Source of the DNA: Welwitschia mirabilis
Taxonomy: Eukaryota
Length of the DNA: 58,519 nt
Direction: 5' to 3'
Assembly (NCBI GenBank): GCA_051453625.1
Contig: JBOZIK010000001.1
Span: 27,780,562 to 27,839,080 of the forward strand
The notes under the pieces were generated by a model. That model did no database searches. It was not told the origin of the DNA and saw nothing but the letters and a program-made list of their open reading frames with translations. Numbering within the stretch: position 1 is the stretch's first letter; the number at the start of each line of letters is the position of its first letter. A program made the translations under genes and the position numbers. Positions 27,184 through 39,261 of the stretch are shown here, in pieces.

Positions 27184-28110
27184 ATGGCATCTTAATAGCT
27201 AGGAGAGAGATTTAAAAAGAAAATAAAGAAGGCAACTATCAAACCTCTAAGTTATGTTTTTTCCAAGATGAGTACTGAGCAACTAAGGCATTTTGAAAAG
27301 AATTTTTAAAACCATCCCCATATATTTGGAAAGAACCTATGAGCCTATGTAATTTCTTAGCCTAAGAGAAGTTCAAACTTTACTAGAAGAGGTTAACTGG
27401 GATATTTTGTTCATGTCTTTGACACCTGCTACCCTCTGGTAACTAGGTTATTTTATTTCAATGCTATATTTTATGCCTCTTAATCTACTTTCATTACTTC
27501 AGTCTTTGACCAAGAAATACACATTACAATAGATTTTATAGCTTTTCTCACTAGGCTTACCAGAAGAAAATGGGATGAATACTAGCCTATGGCTGAATCT
27601 GTTAAGGAGAAAAACGTGACCACTTAACATGTTTATAGCATACATGTCACTTGAAAGGAGACTCTCAAAGCTTTCCATCTTCTTCTAAGATTTTGGCTTC
27701 TACACCTTATTATATCATACAAAGTTGCTTGGTACAGAGATGAGCTCTCAAATTATAGGGTCTTTCTATTTTATGCACTATATAGGAGAAAAGATATTAA
27801 TAATTCCGGGATAATGCTTATGTGCATGGCAACCAGCTTCAGCCTTACAAAAGACATGCCCTACCATATCCCTTCCTGATCACATGGATTTGTTATCACT
27901 TTGACATTCCTTATCTGGCTAGGTAGGAGATTTAGAAGCCCATGGGGCTTATTGATCATGCTATCTTATTCAAGATTCACATTTTCAAAGAACTAGCTAC
28001 TCCTTTAAGGCCTTAGATAAAGGCCTTTCAGACCTTAGAGATCCTTCATCTTCTACACCTTACCAACTTAAGGATTCATCACATCAAATTATCCCTCATT
28101 ACTAGTTGTA
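27184..28110 (+). pseudogene. Degenerate env-like (extra 3') ORF
   Basis: Lies between RNase H and the PPT; motifs CYPLVTRLFYFNA (YPxLVxxFYxN type) and HALPYPFLITWICYHFDI (LPY..IT type), both typical of plant env-like ORFs. Confidence 0.75.
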
Positions 28111-28235
28111 CTTTAGTTGCTTATACCTCTTCAAGTGAGGGTGCTTAGTCTTTTAAGTCCTCTAAATTTAATTAAGTCTATATGTCTTTTTCTTTAATTT
28201 TTAGTTTTTCTTTATACTTCCTGTCCTTGATTTCA

Positions 28236-28504
28236 TCAAAAATGGGGAGAACAATTTGTACTTATGATGTCACTTTTTGTCACTTCTTTATGCTTTATAG
28301 CAAAAATGCACCTTTTATGATGTAATGTAAGATTTTTTAGTAATACAAAGAAGTCTTTTTATTATGAAAACCTCTTTGATCTTTACTATATTTCTTTCAT
28401 ACAAACCTCATATGTATTTAATAGATTTTGAAGTTAAATAAATTAGGAGAAGAACTCATATATCAAATTATTATATTTTCTTAATCAATGACAAAGGGAG
28501 AGTT
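28236..28504 (+). promoter_or_regulatory. Multiple polypurine-tract region
   Basis: CAAAAATGGGGAGAA (~28237), TTAGGAGAAG (~28443) and terminal ACAAAGGGAGAGTT directly before the 3' LTR. Confidence 0.7.
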
Positions 28505-28593
28505 TGTTGAGAATTAATTGTCATTAATTAAATTAATGAGTTTTTGTATTTAATCAATTGTAAAGAGATTTTCTAGCATTAGGCAACTGAACT
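28505..28593 (+). repeat. First 89 bp of the SIRE-like 3' LTR
   Basis: Aligns to 20812-20900 and stops exactly where the family-A TGTTGTG begins. Confidence 0.88.
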
Positions 28594-29804
28594 TGTTGTG
28601 ACACCAACTTATGTGCATTTGATAGGGTATTTTGAGTTGTTTTGTAAATAAACTAATAGATAAATGCTTAGTTCCTATGAAAATCGAGAATCAAGGAGCA
28701 CAAGAAGAAAAAATGTAATTATTAGATAATTCACAAGAATTTCATGCAGATATAGACATATATTATTTTGGATCATGATTCTTGTAGATGACAAAGCAAT
28801 TTCACCAACAAAAGATTGAGAAAAGACTGTCGTTCCTCCCATCATCCACACGACAGTCAGGATGACACCTTCAACAAGGCAATAACCAAAGTTCACATCT
28901 AGATAACTTGTGATGGAACTAAGATCTTTCTATCAAACATAGTCATCCACATCATCGTCCAGACGTCACTAATGGACAACATCTCCAAACTAGTCGATAG
29001 CACTTCATAGACAGATCATCAGTAGTTAAACTAAAGCAAACTCAGAGTTCTAATTATCCATCCTTGTCATTGCCTACATCATCTAAATGACCATCGAGAT
29101 GATACTATTTTCTCATAGTTTTACAGAATGTTTTCCCAAGTTTTCGCCTCTTTATTATGACTTTACTTTACATGTTAGTTAGAGTTGTCCTTTAATTTTC
29201 TGTCAGTTTCCCTTTATTTTCTGTCTATAAATAAAGGTCTCCCCCTCAATCCTTAATCATCTTTGATAGTACTTGACATTCTCATGACAAGAGATCTTAG
29301 GACTCGAGAATCATCTTGTAATCCAGAGAGATGTTACCTTGGTGTTAGGTGGTATATCCTCCATTGAGGAATGACTACTTTGTGATACAAATGTCTTTTA
29401 TACTTTTTAATATAAATTATCTTTTTTGTCAATAATTGCAGGAACTTATCCCTTATAGTTTATGTTGTTTAAGATTTATGACAGGTTTCTTTGATTATAT
29501 AGATTATGAGGGTAACTTTTGTCAAGGTTGAGCTTAATTAGATTAGTTACATCATTATTTCAATTTCATAGATTAGTTTTGCATAGTTATTTTAATTGCA
29601 TGCATTATAGTTTAATTCAGTAGATTAAGATTACATATTTCTTTATCGAAATCAACTCTTTATTATCCATATCATTGGCCTTTGATAGAATTATGACATT
29701 TGGATCACTTCAACTATACTAGCATACTATATTTGTATATCTTATTTGTAATTAATAGGATTTAAATCAAGGCATGAAACATTGGATAAATTCACACCGC
29801 AATA
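28594..29804 (+). mobile_element. Family-A 5' LTR (about 1.2 kb)
   Basis: TGTTG...CACCGCAATA termini; TATA CTATAAATAAAGG at ~29225; homologous to 1-1610 (-); followed by a PBS. Confidence 0.9.
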
Positions 29805-29807
29805 GAT

Positions 29808-29825
29808 TGGCATCATTACTAAGGA
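29808..29825 (+). promoter_or_regulatory. Decayed tRNA-Asp-type PBS (Athila type)
   Basis: TGGCATCATTACTAAGGA differs from TGGCGCCGTTGCCGGGGA only by C>T and G>A transitions. Confidence 0.75.
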
Positions 29826-30098
29826 AGGCTACTTGGAAAATAAGAGTTATCATTACTTTAGTGGATATTCCAGATATTTGCTGCAGTAGCAGTATACTAG
29901 TACTCTGTAAGTATTTTATTTTAGTTTTAACTTTTTACTAACCATTGACATCCCTTTTTTTGTCTAGATGTCATTGTCGAATGACTGTCCCGATTTTTGC
30001 TTTCTCTCATTTTGTGGTTGTTTATGTTTTCTGTCTCTGTCATCTAGGTTATCGTCCGGATGACTTACAGGACAACACCTTTTGAGAACCGAAACTGA

Positions 30099-30598
30099 AT
30101 GGTAAAAATAGGAAAAGTGAAAAATAACAGAGAAAGAGGAAATTCATTATAGAAAATATCTCAGAAGGTTTGCTAAATTTTGAAATTGAAAATCAAAATA
30201 GCCTAGGTATGCAAACTTTAGAATTTCCTAAAATTTCTGATTTTAATTTTGAAGAAGAGTCTGATTTTAATTTTGAAAAATTTAATACCATATCAATATC
30301 TCACCAAAAATGACCTATCTCACTAAATCCAACCTCTGTCATTGGAATCATTACTCTTACTCCTTGTGTAACTCTGAGAGATCTCATAGTGAATAAAAGA
30401 CTTAAAATTCAAAACCTTTTTGACTTACCTCTAGGTGATGATGTGGAACTTAAAAACTTAAATGCTTATCTTACCTTTAGAGGAGAACTTGATGTAGACC
30501 TCCTATTACACATCACTAAAATTAAATAACTTATTCTTACTTCTAGAAACAATAAAAAGCACATAACGGATAGAACCTATATGGTTATTTTTCCTATA
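30099..30598 (+). pseudogene. Truncated gag N-terminus of the family-A element
   Basis: IENISEGLLNFE..., TLRDLIVNKR, FDLPLGDDVELKNLNAYLTFRGE, ITDRTYMVIFP; colinear with the gag at 34677-35165, then homology stops. Confidence 0.75.
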
Positions 30599-31438
30599 AA
30601 TTAATATTAGTAACTATCATCTTGGACTATTATCTAAATGATTAAAGTAAATGACACTCTTTAAAAAAGTATTTCATTGAGTAAACATGTTGGACTTCTT
30701 CCCTATTTAAAACTTCCTTATTCTCATGCTTAAGATAGTGTATTTAAATTGGGTCATCATACAAGATTGACTCATGTAGCATCACTAGTCTCTCCTCAAT
30801 TAAATAATGTTGTAAAAATAAAGTTGGATTAAGTTTCTCTTCTAAGTTCTACTCATCTATTAATTTTTTTTAGTAGCATTAAAAACTCTAATGGTAAACG
30901 TTTTATTGTCAATGTGACATTCCATCATTCTAGTTCATGTGTTAATGATACAATAAGTAATTGTATAAAAGGATCTTCTTAGAGAAGTGAATAACCTCTA
31001 TTATATTCTATTTTAATGATATCCATATCTATGAGGTGAAAAGATTCTTTTATCTAGATGAGTAAGTCTTTATAATCACCAAGGATTTTTTAATTAAAGT
31101 ATCAGTTAATTCTAAGATGATTTATGTAGTTTCTATTCTATTTTCCAACTCAAGTTTTTTACATGTATGAAGAGGTATGATGTTTACACTTGCTTCTATA
31201 TCAATTAAGAATTTTCTAATCCTCTTATTTCTTTCTAAAGTAATAGTCACTATTGCTGCTCCAAGGTTCTTGAATTTAGGAAACATTTTCATGACTAAGT
31301 TTAAAATAAATTGAGCAAGGAAGATCTTACTAGTAATAGTTTATTTTTACTTTCTTCTAACTAGATCTTTTCACAACTTAGCATAGTTAGAATTTTCTTG
31401 CAATATTTTCCAAAAAGACAAGTTGATGTTTACCCCTT

Positions 31439-32675
31439 TATTATGGTACATATTTGTACAAATGTTACATCCTCCAATAAATACTAAAAATAATCAAAAT
31501 ATATTTATTGCATAACATAACATACTAATATAGATGGATGTAATCCAAATGTTGTATTTCCATTGAAGGCATAGGCAAAAAATAGAAGAAATAATTTCAA
31601 GTAAAATACTTATGTAATCTTTAAGTAGAACAATAGCAATACAAAATAATAATGCAAATGAGATGCAAGATCCATTCTAAATGCAATATCTTATCCAACT
31701 ATCAAATCAACCTGTCACATATATTAGCCTTGTATAAACTAGATCAATTAAAGAAATCCATCACTAGAATAAAATTAACCTTAGTTATCAATTTCATCAA
31801 ATAGAATATGAAAACAAAGAAAAGATAATATAGGAAATAAAAATTCAATGTACCTAAACTAACAATGTCAATCTTAATAAAGGTTCTCCTCATGATCTAT
31901 ATCACAGATAAAGCTATTGTAGAAATAAAATTAATAAAAACCATAAAGAAGATGCACATAATAAATAATTTAAAAAGGAAAATAGAGTTTTGATTAAGTT
32001 AAACCAACATCTGTGTTATAAATTAGCAACACCTTAATGAAGGGTACATAACCCAACACCAAGGAAGACATCTCTTTATAATAATAAGAGATGGATCTCC
32101 TACACTTTAATTTGTTATCATGAGAATTTCTAGTGCCAAAGAAGATAAAATCAGAGTAAAGAACAAAAAAGGTATTTATTACAATATAGACTCTAAAAAT
32201 AGAAAACACTAAAAAACATAGTAAAATCCTAATAGATGTGTAAGAAGATGCAAGACATATTGTAAGAGTTTGGTAAAGTTTGATAACATATTCTTTTTAG
32301 GTGTTATCCTTGACATCATAGGAGATGATGTCATATCATAGAGGTTTTACATCAACTACTATATTAGTCTAGAAAGTATCCTTATCAATATAAGTACTTC
32401 AGTTATCAGTATAATCATCTCGATGATGAAGTGGATGATGGGCTTCATAAAGACATTTCTTATATCAGATTAACTTCTTTGATTATACGATTGCTACTTT
32501 ATATAGAAAATATTGTAATTTGCTTTAAATGTTATGAAATGTTATGAATATTGCATGTTTTTATGATATTTGCCTTAGCTCTTTATTATTATTAAAAATT
32601 ATCATAAACCTATCTAATATCCTATGGAACTACTCAATATACCTTATCAAATACATAAAATTTGGAAGTACAACA
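31439..32675 (-). mobile_element. 3' LTR (family D, related to A/B/C) of a minus-strand element
   Basis: The minus strand starts TGTTGTACTTCCAAATTTTATGTATTTGATAAGG, shares the CCTTTRTTAAGRTTGA and CYTYCATTRAG motifs, and ends like CAAATATACACCGCAACA; a PPT lies upstream on the minus strand. Confidence 0.78.
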
Positions 32676-32701
32676 TAACCCCACACTCAGCCTTATTAGT
32701 C
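32676..32701 (-). promoter_or_regulatory. PPT region of the family-D element
   Basis: rc GACTAATAAGGCTGAGTGTGGGGTTA matches GACTGATAAGGCTAAGTAGGGGACTA before the LTR at 56330. Confidence 0.75.
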
Positions 32702-33118
32702 CCTAAAAAAACTAGGCAAACAATTATAATTAAGAGCCAATATAGCTAAAGATCAATCAATTAGGAAATCATGAAACAAAATTAAAAATAATCTTAGGAA
32801 TCTCAAAATTCCAAATAAAAATGTAAAAAAAAGACAACTAAACATTTCTCTTATGTAGTGTAATTGGTCATACTATCATTCTACCAATTATCTACATAAT
32901 GGAGGTGATGATAGGCTCAAAAATTGGTCTTAAAAAGTAGAAGCCTCCAAAAATGTTTTTAAAAAGATAGACATTAAATGCAAACAGCTCTCCACTTAAG
33001 TGTATAGAAGATACTAAAAAATAATCATGTATAACAGAATAAAAATCTTCAACATAAAATGTCAAAAATTATTTGTAAAAGATATGTGTAATATTTTAGT
33101 AATAAAAATGTATACCAT

Positions 33119-34178
33119 TGTTTTGCTACCTTTTATCAGTTTTTTTTTACGACTTTTATATAGGTTTAGGTGGAATTATGAGGATTTTTAAGATTTAATA
33201 GGAAATCTCAGAAATGTGTGATTCTTATGTAGATTTAATGTATTAAAGGTACATTTTGATGCATAGATCTTTGGAGATGGATTATTAATAAAAATGCTAA
33301 GTTTTTTTTCTTAAGAAAATGATTAAAGAAGATCATGGCTCCTTCTGTCATCTCCATGACAGGAAGGATGCCAATTGCTGATGTGGATGCTAAATCATTG
33401 TTGAGTCATCATTCTGAGTCATCATTTGTAATGTGCTATCATCCCTATTATTGTCTGGACAATAGTTAGGATGACAATGTTATGTAACTAACTCTAATAG
33501 TGATCTTTAATCATTTCATCCATTTCATTTATGAGCGCGACTAGCCATACCTACCACTTGTCTTTTTATGTTATGAGTTATTATAAATAAATCCCTTTTC
33601 AACTCTTCTTTTCATATTTGTTGCATTAAAAATTATAATGATAGGAGATTAAAGGGTATAAGATCCATCTTAAGTATTGCAGAAAGACATGCACTTGGTA
33701 GAGGATTGTGTATCCTCCATTGAGACATGATTGTTTCATAACCAAGATACTTGTTACTCATTCTTAATATAAGCTTTCTTTTGTTTTCATGTTTACATTA
33801 TAGATTTTCTAATAATCCTTATAGTCTATGCTTTCTTTTATCTAGTGATAATTTCTTAGGTAATATAGATTATCAAGGGTAGCCTTTGTTAAGATTGAAA
33901 GTAAGTAGTATTAGTTCCATTTTGCATTGCATGTTAGATTAGGTTTCATCTTGCATTTGCATTATAACTTTTATTTCTTGCATTGTTCCTTATTTTTGAT
34001 TCCTATTATTCCTTTGCAAAGAAATTTGAGTCTAATCTCATAGTCTTCAACATGAATATGACATTTCGGGTTTATTCTAACTCACACTAGTGGGTTGTAT
34101 TGTGTAAGATATCTATTTATTTTATGAATGATAGAGTCCTTTTGAACTTAAGCACTCGCACAAATATACACCGCAATA
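33119..34178 (+). repeat. Family-B LTR 1
   Basis: TGTTTTGCTACC...CACCGCAATA; TATA ~33581; followed by PBS TGGCGTCATTATTGAAGA (34182-34199). Confidence 0.88.
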
Positions 34179-34676
34179 AATTGGCGTCATTATTGAAGAA
34201 GGATATTGAGAAGTATAAGGGTTGTTATCTTTTTAATGAGTACATCAAATTTTCATTTAGTTACTTATCTATAGCAATGTTGTATTTTTATTAGAAGCTA
34301 TAGGTTTTCTGTGTGCATTTTTTTAGTTTTGATTTTTTAGATTTAGTTTTTTATAGAAAAGATAATGATCATCTCCTCTATCATCAACATAATAGATAGG
34401 ATGATAGTGTGTAATTTTTTATTCCTAGTTTTATTTTTAAATTTTAAATTTTTCTAAAGTAAATTAGTTTCTATCATCTCCTATGATGTTTAGATGACTA
34501 GGTGAATGAAAATTTTATTTTTTGTGTTTTCTAATTTTTGTTTTGATTTTGATTCTGTTTCTATTTTTTTGGTTTCTATATGTATCATAGCTTCTATCAT
34601 TCCCATGATAGATAGGACAAGATTTACTATATTTAATCTTGTTTTCTATTATTTCTTATTTATAAGATGTTGTAAT

Positions 34677-37430
34677 ATGATTAACCTTGAGAAGAAATAT
34701 CAGAGAGAAAGGCTACTGATAGAAAAGAACATTAAAGAAGGACTAGTGAATATAGAAAATGAATCAGAAAAGCAATCTCTAGGTGCACTCAAACCTCCTT
34801 CTAAATTTATTTTTTCTGAGTTAGATTTTCTTTATGAAAATACTATAAAAGAAGAAGACCAATTTAGAATGTTGAGTGCCTCCTGTAAGAAAAAATAAGT
34901 CATAGGATCTTCTACTCCTAATGCAAAACTTACCCTTAGAGAATTATTAGTTAATAAGAAATGAGAAATTCCAGCTCCTTTTGATCTATCCCTAAGAGAT
35001 AATGTTGAGCTTAAAAACCTAAATGCCTATCCAACTTTTAGTAAAGAAGATGATGATAATTCCCTTCAAAACATTGCAAACATTTGAATAACTAATCCTT
35101 ACTTCAGGAAATGGGAAGAAACAAAATAACTGATAGAAGATATATGATAATCTTTCCCATGACATTAAAGGGTAGAGTAAAAAATTGGGTAAAATCCATA
35201 CCCCATAAAAGCTTAAAAACATGTGATCAAGTCTGGGAAACCTTTGTAAAGAGATTCATTAGTGAAGAAATTGTGAGAAAAGGAAAAAAAGACATAACCA
35301 ATTTTCAACAAAAATCAAATAAAGACTATACCTCCACATATGAGTGTTTTTTTGTATGCTACTATTCTAACCTAGTAGATGCTTTTTCACTAATAGAAAT
35401 TATAGATTACTTATATAGTGGGCTAACTACACACATGAAATGACTTATAGTTTTTTTTTTTTTGGGAGGAAACCTCATGAACCTTACACCAAATGATTCC
35501 TAGACAAAGTTAAAAGAACTTATGTAGGTAATTCAAACTTGATTAACTTTAAAGAAAATTCAATTTTATGCCAACTAAGTAAAGACTTAAAGGAGGTTAA
35601 ATAATTAAAAAAAGATAGAATCCAATCCTACAAATTCCATAAGATATTTTACAATAACCATGGAGAAGTATACAAAAATAATCTTAGATGCCAAAACTAC
35701 AACCTGAAGAAATGTTATGCAAATTTGTGATTTATGTAAGGATAATTATCATATTACTAAAATTGTTCTCTTTTTCTAACATACAAAGAAAGAATTTGTG
35801 AAGAAGTTTATACTTTCAACCACCCATCTTAAAACTTCAAAAATCAGAATTAAGTACAACCTAGGTTGAACACTCATTTCCAAAATAATTCTCAACCATT
35901 TTGAAACTAATTTGAAAATTTAAATTCCTATCCAGAACCAACAAACTTTTAATATCCAAATGATCAACTCATAAACCTTATAAAAGAACTTAGAAGAAGA
36001 AATGCCAACATAAAATACATGGTAAAATCTTTCAACAAATAATATTAACAAATCAAATACCTCAAGAAACTTTAGCAAGACAACCTTTACCAGACCCAAA
36101 TAAACTAAGAAAAGATTATAAGATTATGACAAAATGTGTACAAGAAATAAACCCTCCTCTATGTGAACCTTCCACCTTCCAAAATAACTTTAGAAATGAT
36201 GAAGAAAAAGAGAAAGAGGACATTAAAATATTAAAAAATTATAAATTTCCTTCTATTGAAAAAAGAAAAAGAAAAATCCTTCTTAACAAACCATTTCTTG
36301 GATGAATAAGCTTAATAACAATTTAACTTTTAATGAAGACCTTAAATATTTAATGAAAATGTAAGCATAAACTTACTCTTTTGGAAATTTTTGCAATGAA
36401 ATCCGGGTACTCAAGACTTTAAAAAGACTTAATAAGAAGAAAAAAAAAGCTATTCCTAGTAAAGTCTTTTTAGCTCAATCCCTTAAAAATTTAGTATTAT
36501 AAAAATCACCCAAATTTAAAGATCTAGGAGGTATTACGGTAAGTATTAATTTGGAGGAAAACAAAACGATTAGAAAAGCCTTGATAGACATTAGAGTAAG
36601 TGTTAACATTATGTCACTTCACATTTGTAGGAGGCTTAGTTTAAAGGATAAAATAGAGACTACTCTGGTTTTTTTAGAATTAGTAGATATATCAGTTAAG
36701 AAAGTATTATTAAAAATTTGAAAATTTAAATTGAAGAGGATTGCTACCCAATAAATCCAATCATCATAGATTTGAGTATAATAGAGGATACCCTTTACTT
36801 CTAGTGAGAGCCTTTTATACAGCAGCCCACTGCATCATTGATATAAAAGCAGGAATAATAAAATGTCATTTGGAAAATAGAATGTTTACAATTAGAGTCT
36901 TTAATATAGATAAAAAAGATTTAGGTAATAATTTAAACATTGAAGATAATGTCAAACCAACTTTATTCCTACAACATCACCCACCTGAAGAAAGAGAGAT
37001 GAAATCAAATGATTATGTGCTTTGTGATAATCAACTTAAGAATAAAGAATAAATGCAACCTTTAGAGTGTAAGGAAGTCCAACATTTTAAGAAACATTAT
37101 GAGGGAGATCGTCCATTACATAAGCCAAAAATATTGAAAATCATAATTTTAATTTGGATGACAATGTTTTAATAAACTTAAATATAATTTTTTTATGATG
37201 CTCAAAATAAAAATCTTGCATTCAATAAAAATCTTTTACCAAAATTACCATTTCTCTCTCATTTGACTTTAAAAATTTATGCTTTAATGTGGTATCATAG
37301 AGTGCTCTTCATTACCCCTCTCTTCATCAAATTGATTTTACTTGAAAATAATTGTACATCTCTTATGGTTTATCAATTGGTAAATTTTGGTTTGGATCTT
37401 ATTTCTCTAAAAATGTTGAGATCAAAATAG
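34677..37430 (+). pseudogene. Degenerate gag-protease ORF with no RT/RH/INT, ending in a hydrophobic tail
   Basis: MINLEKKYQRERLLIEKNIKEGL; retrotransposon gag IFPMTLKGRVKNWVKSIP...WETFVKRF...FQQ; CDLCKD..H...C; KFKDLGG; ALIDIRVSVNIMS; GYPLLLVRAF. Colinear with 1611-3350, but no RT motifs follow. Confidence 0.85.
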
Positions 37431-39261
37431 ATCCTTAATTTTCCCTTCTTTCTCTTCAATAGAAGTGTGTTTTAGATTTAGAAATTGAATAAAATTTGCT
37501 TGTCTTACTATTTTCTTTTTAGTTTTTTATTTTGATAGTCTCTTATTTCATTTTCTATTTTCAGTTTTTATTTCTATTTATAGTTTCTATCTTTTGTTTT
37601 TTGCCATAATAATCTGTCATCTCATATTCATCCTTATAACAAGGTAGATGATAGTCAGTTTTATTAATTTCTCTAGCTTTCTGATATTTTATTGTAAATT
37701 TTTTGTGTTTTTACCTTTGTCATCCTCTCTGTCACTTGGACAACAACCAGGATGATAGTCAATAAAATATTGTTTTTTGTTATTTTGAGAAAATACATTT
37801 TTATAACTTTATTAAGATTTTTGACTTAACTGCTTAAGAATTTTAAGAATTTGATGGGAAAAATTTGGAATTACATGAGCAAACCATCTAAATTTTTCTT
37901 AATTTTTTCCTTTCAAAGATTATTATGGCATTACTTGATCATCTTTTAAACATTATTTATAGATTTATTTCTAGGATTAATCTTTTAACATAGGCATTTT
38001 AGTGGTAAGATTAGATTCACTCAATCGTAGGACATTGATAAGTCCATAAACTTTAATTTGTTTTTCTTAATGGTAAAAAGATCCTAGATTGTTTAAGAGT
38101 ATTCTTTTTTATCTTAATCTTATAATTTTTATCTTTTAGACTGTTTGGTCATATGAAATGTTGTTTTGTTTTAAATATAAAACAAAAAAAAAGAGAGAGT
38201 AAAATAAAGACCATGATTTTTTATATTTGTGATCTCTCAAAAACATGGTCACTATGATGTCCTGCCACAAGTACACTAAGGTAAATATTTCCAAGAGAAG
38301 CCTTTGGTAGTATAATATGGTAGCTATGAGAACTCCACTAGGAGGTCAGTTAGCCATGCTTCATAGTCCTTACTTCTCTAACTATGGTTTCACTTCCCTC
38401 ATCATGGATAATAAAGTTGTAATTTAACTTTAAGGCTATGGGATTAGTGGTGTTCCTAGTATCATCAGAAGTATTACTTATTTTTAAGACTCTTAGTCTT
38501 TCCACATGATCATTTCATTTCTTGAGATTTGGATGGTTATTTTGAGATGATAGTAAAAGAGTTCATTTTTGAGCAATTCTTTTGTCTGATTATTCATTAT
38601 TTAAAGCATTTTAATAGCATCATCATAATTACTACCTTATCGCATGGAATTTTTGTACATTAAGTTATGTGTTTTCCACATTAAGATGTTATGATTTCTT
38701 CCATGGAATTCTACTAGATTAAAATCTTAAATTCGTGAGCTATCTTTTATTTATGTTATCTTATGCCCTTATTCTTGTTTTGTGTTATAGTTTGGTTAGT
38801 TATTTCAAAGTCATTACTATATTTTCTTAGCATGTTTTCTTTGTTTAAGTTTTCAATAAAAGATGATATGTTGCTTAGATAAGTCTTTTTCTCAATACAT
38901 TTGTGTTTTATTTTCTTCAGCTTTTCGGTGTTGTAAGTGCTATTCATGTTCTTTTTATGATGAAACAATTTTTTTTTTCCATTCTTTTCTTTACCTATCA
39001 GAATATTTCATATCTCTATATTTTTTATAGAGACCCATTTTTATGGCTCTTTTTTCAAAATTTTTTGAACTTAATTTACATCTTTTATGATATAAAATTT
39101 TCAAAATTTCATACATATTTTGCATTACTTGTCATTTATCTATATGATGTGTTTTTATAAGCATGTTTTATGATTTCCAGACTTATTCTTTGAAAAATAA
39201 ATTGGCTCGCAATTATGGTTTTTCCGCCTAGTTTTTGTGAGAAAGGCTAATTGGGGGGCTA

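Larger units (their letters stand above)
20812..28593 (+). mobile_element. Sirevirus (SIRE/Maximus)-like Ty1/copia element with env-like ORF; 3' LTR interrupted
   Basis: 1.2 kb 5' LTR ending TTATTTACCCCCTTGTAGG...CTTTTA, iMet-type PBS, gag-PR-INT-RT-RH, extra 3' ORF, several PPT-like tracts, first 89 bp of the 3' LTR. Confidence 0.88.

Noticed and set aside
38440..38475. Minus-strand CTGATGA suggesting a hammerhead ribozyme or retrozyme (also + strand at ~42188)
   Set aside because: No stem II-GAAA partner, and the heptamer is not conserved in the homologous copies.
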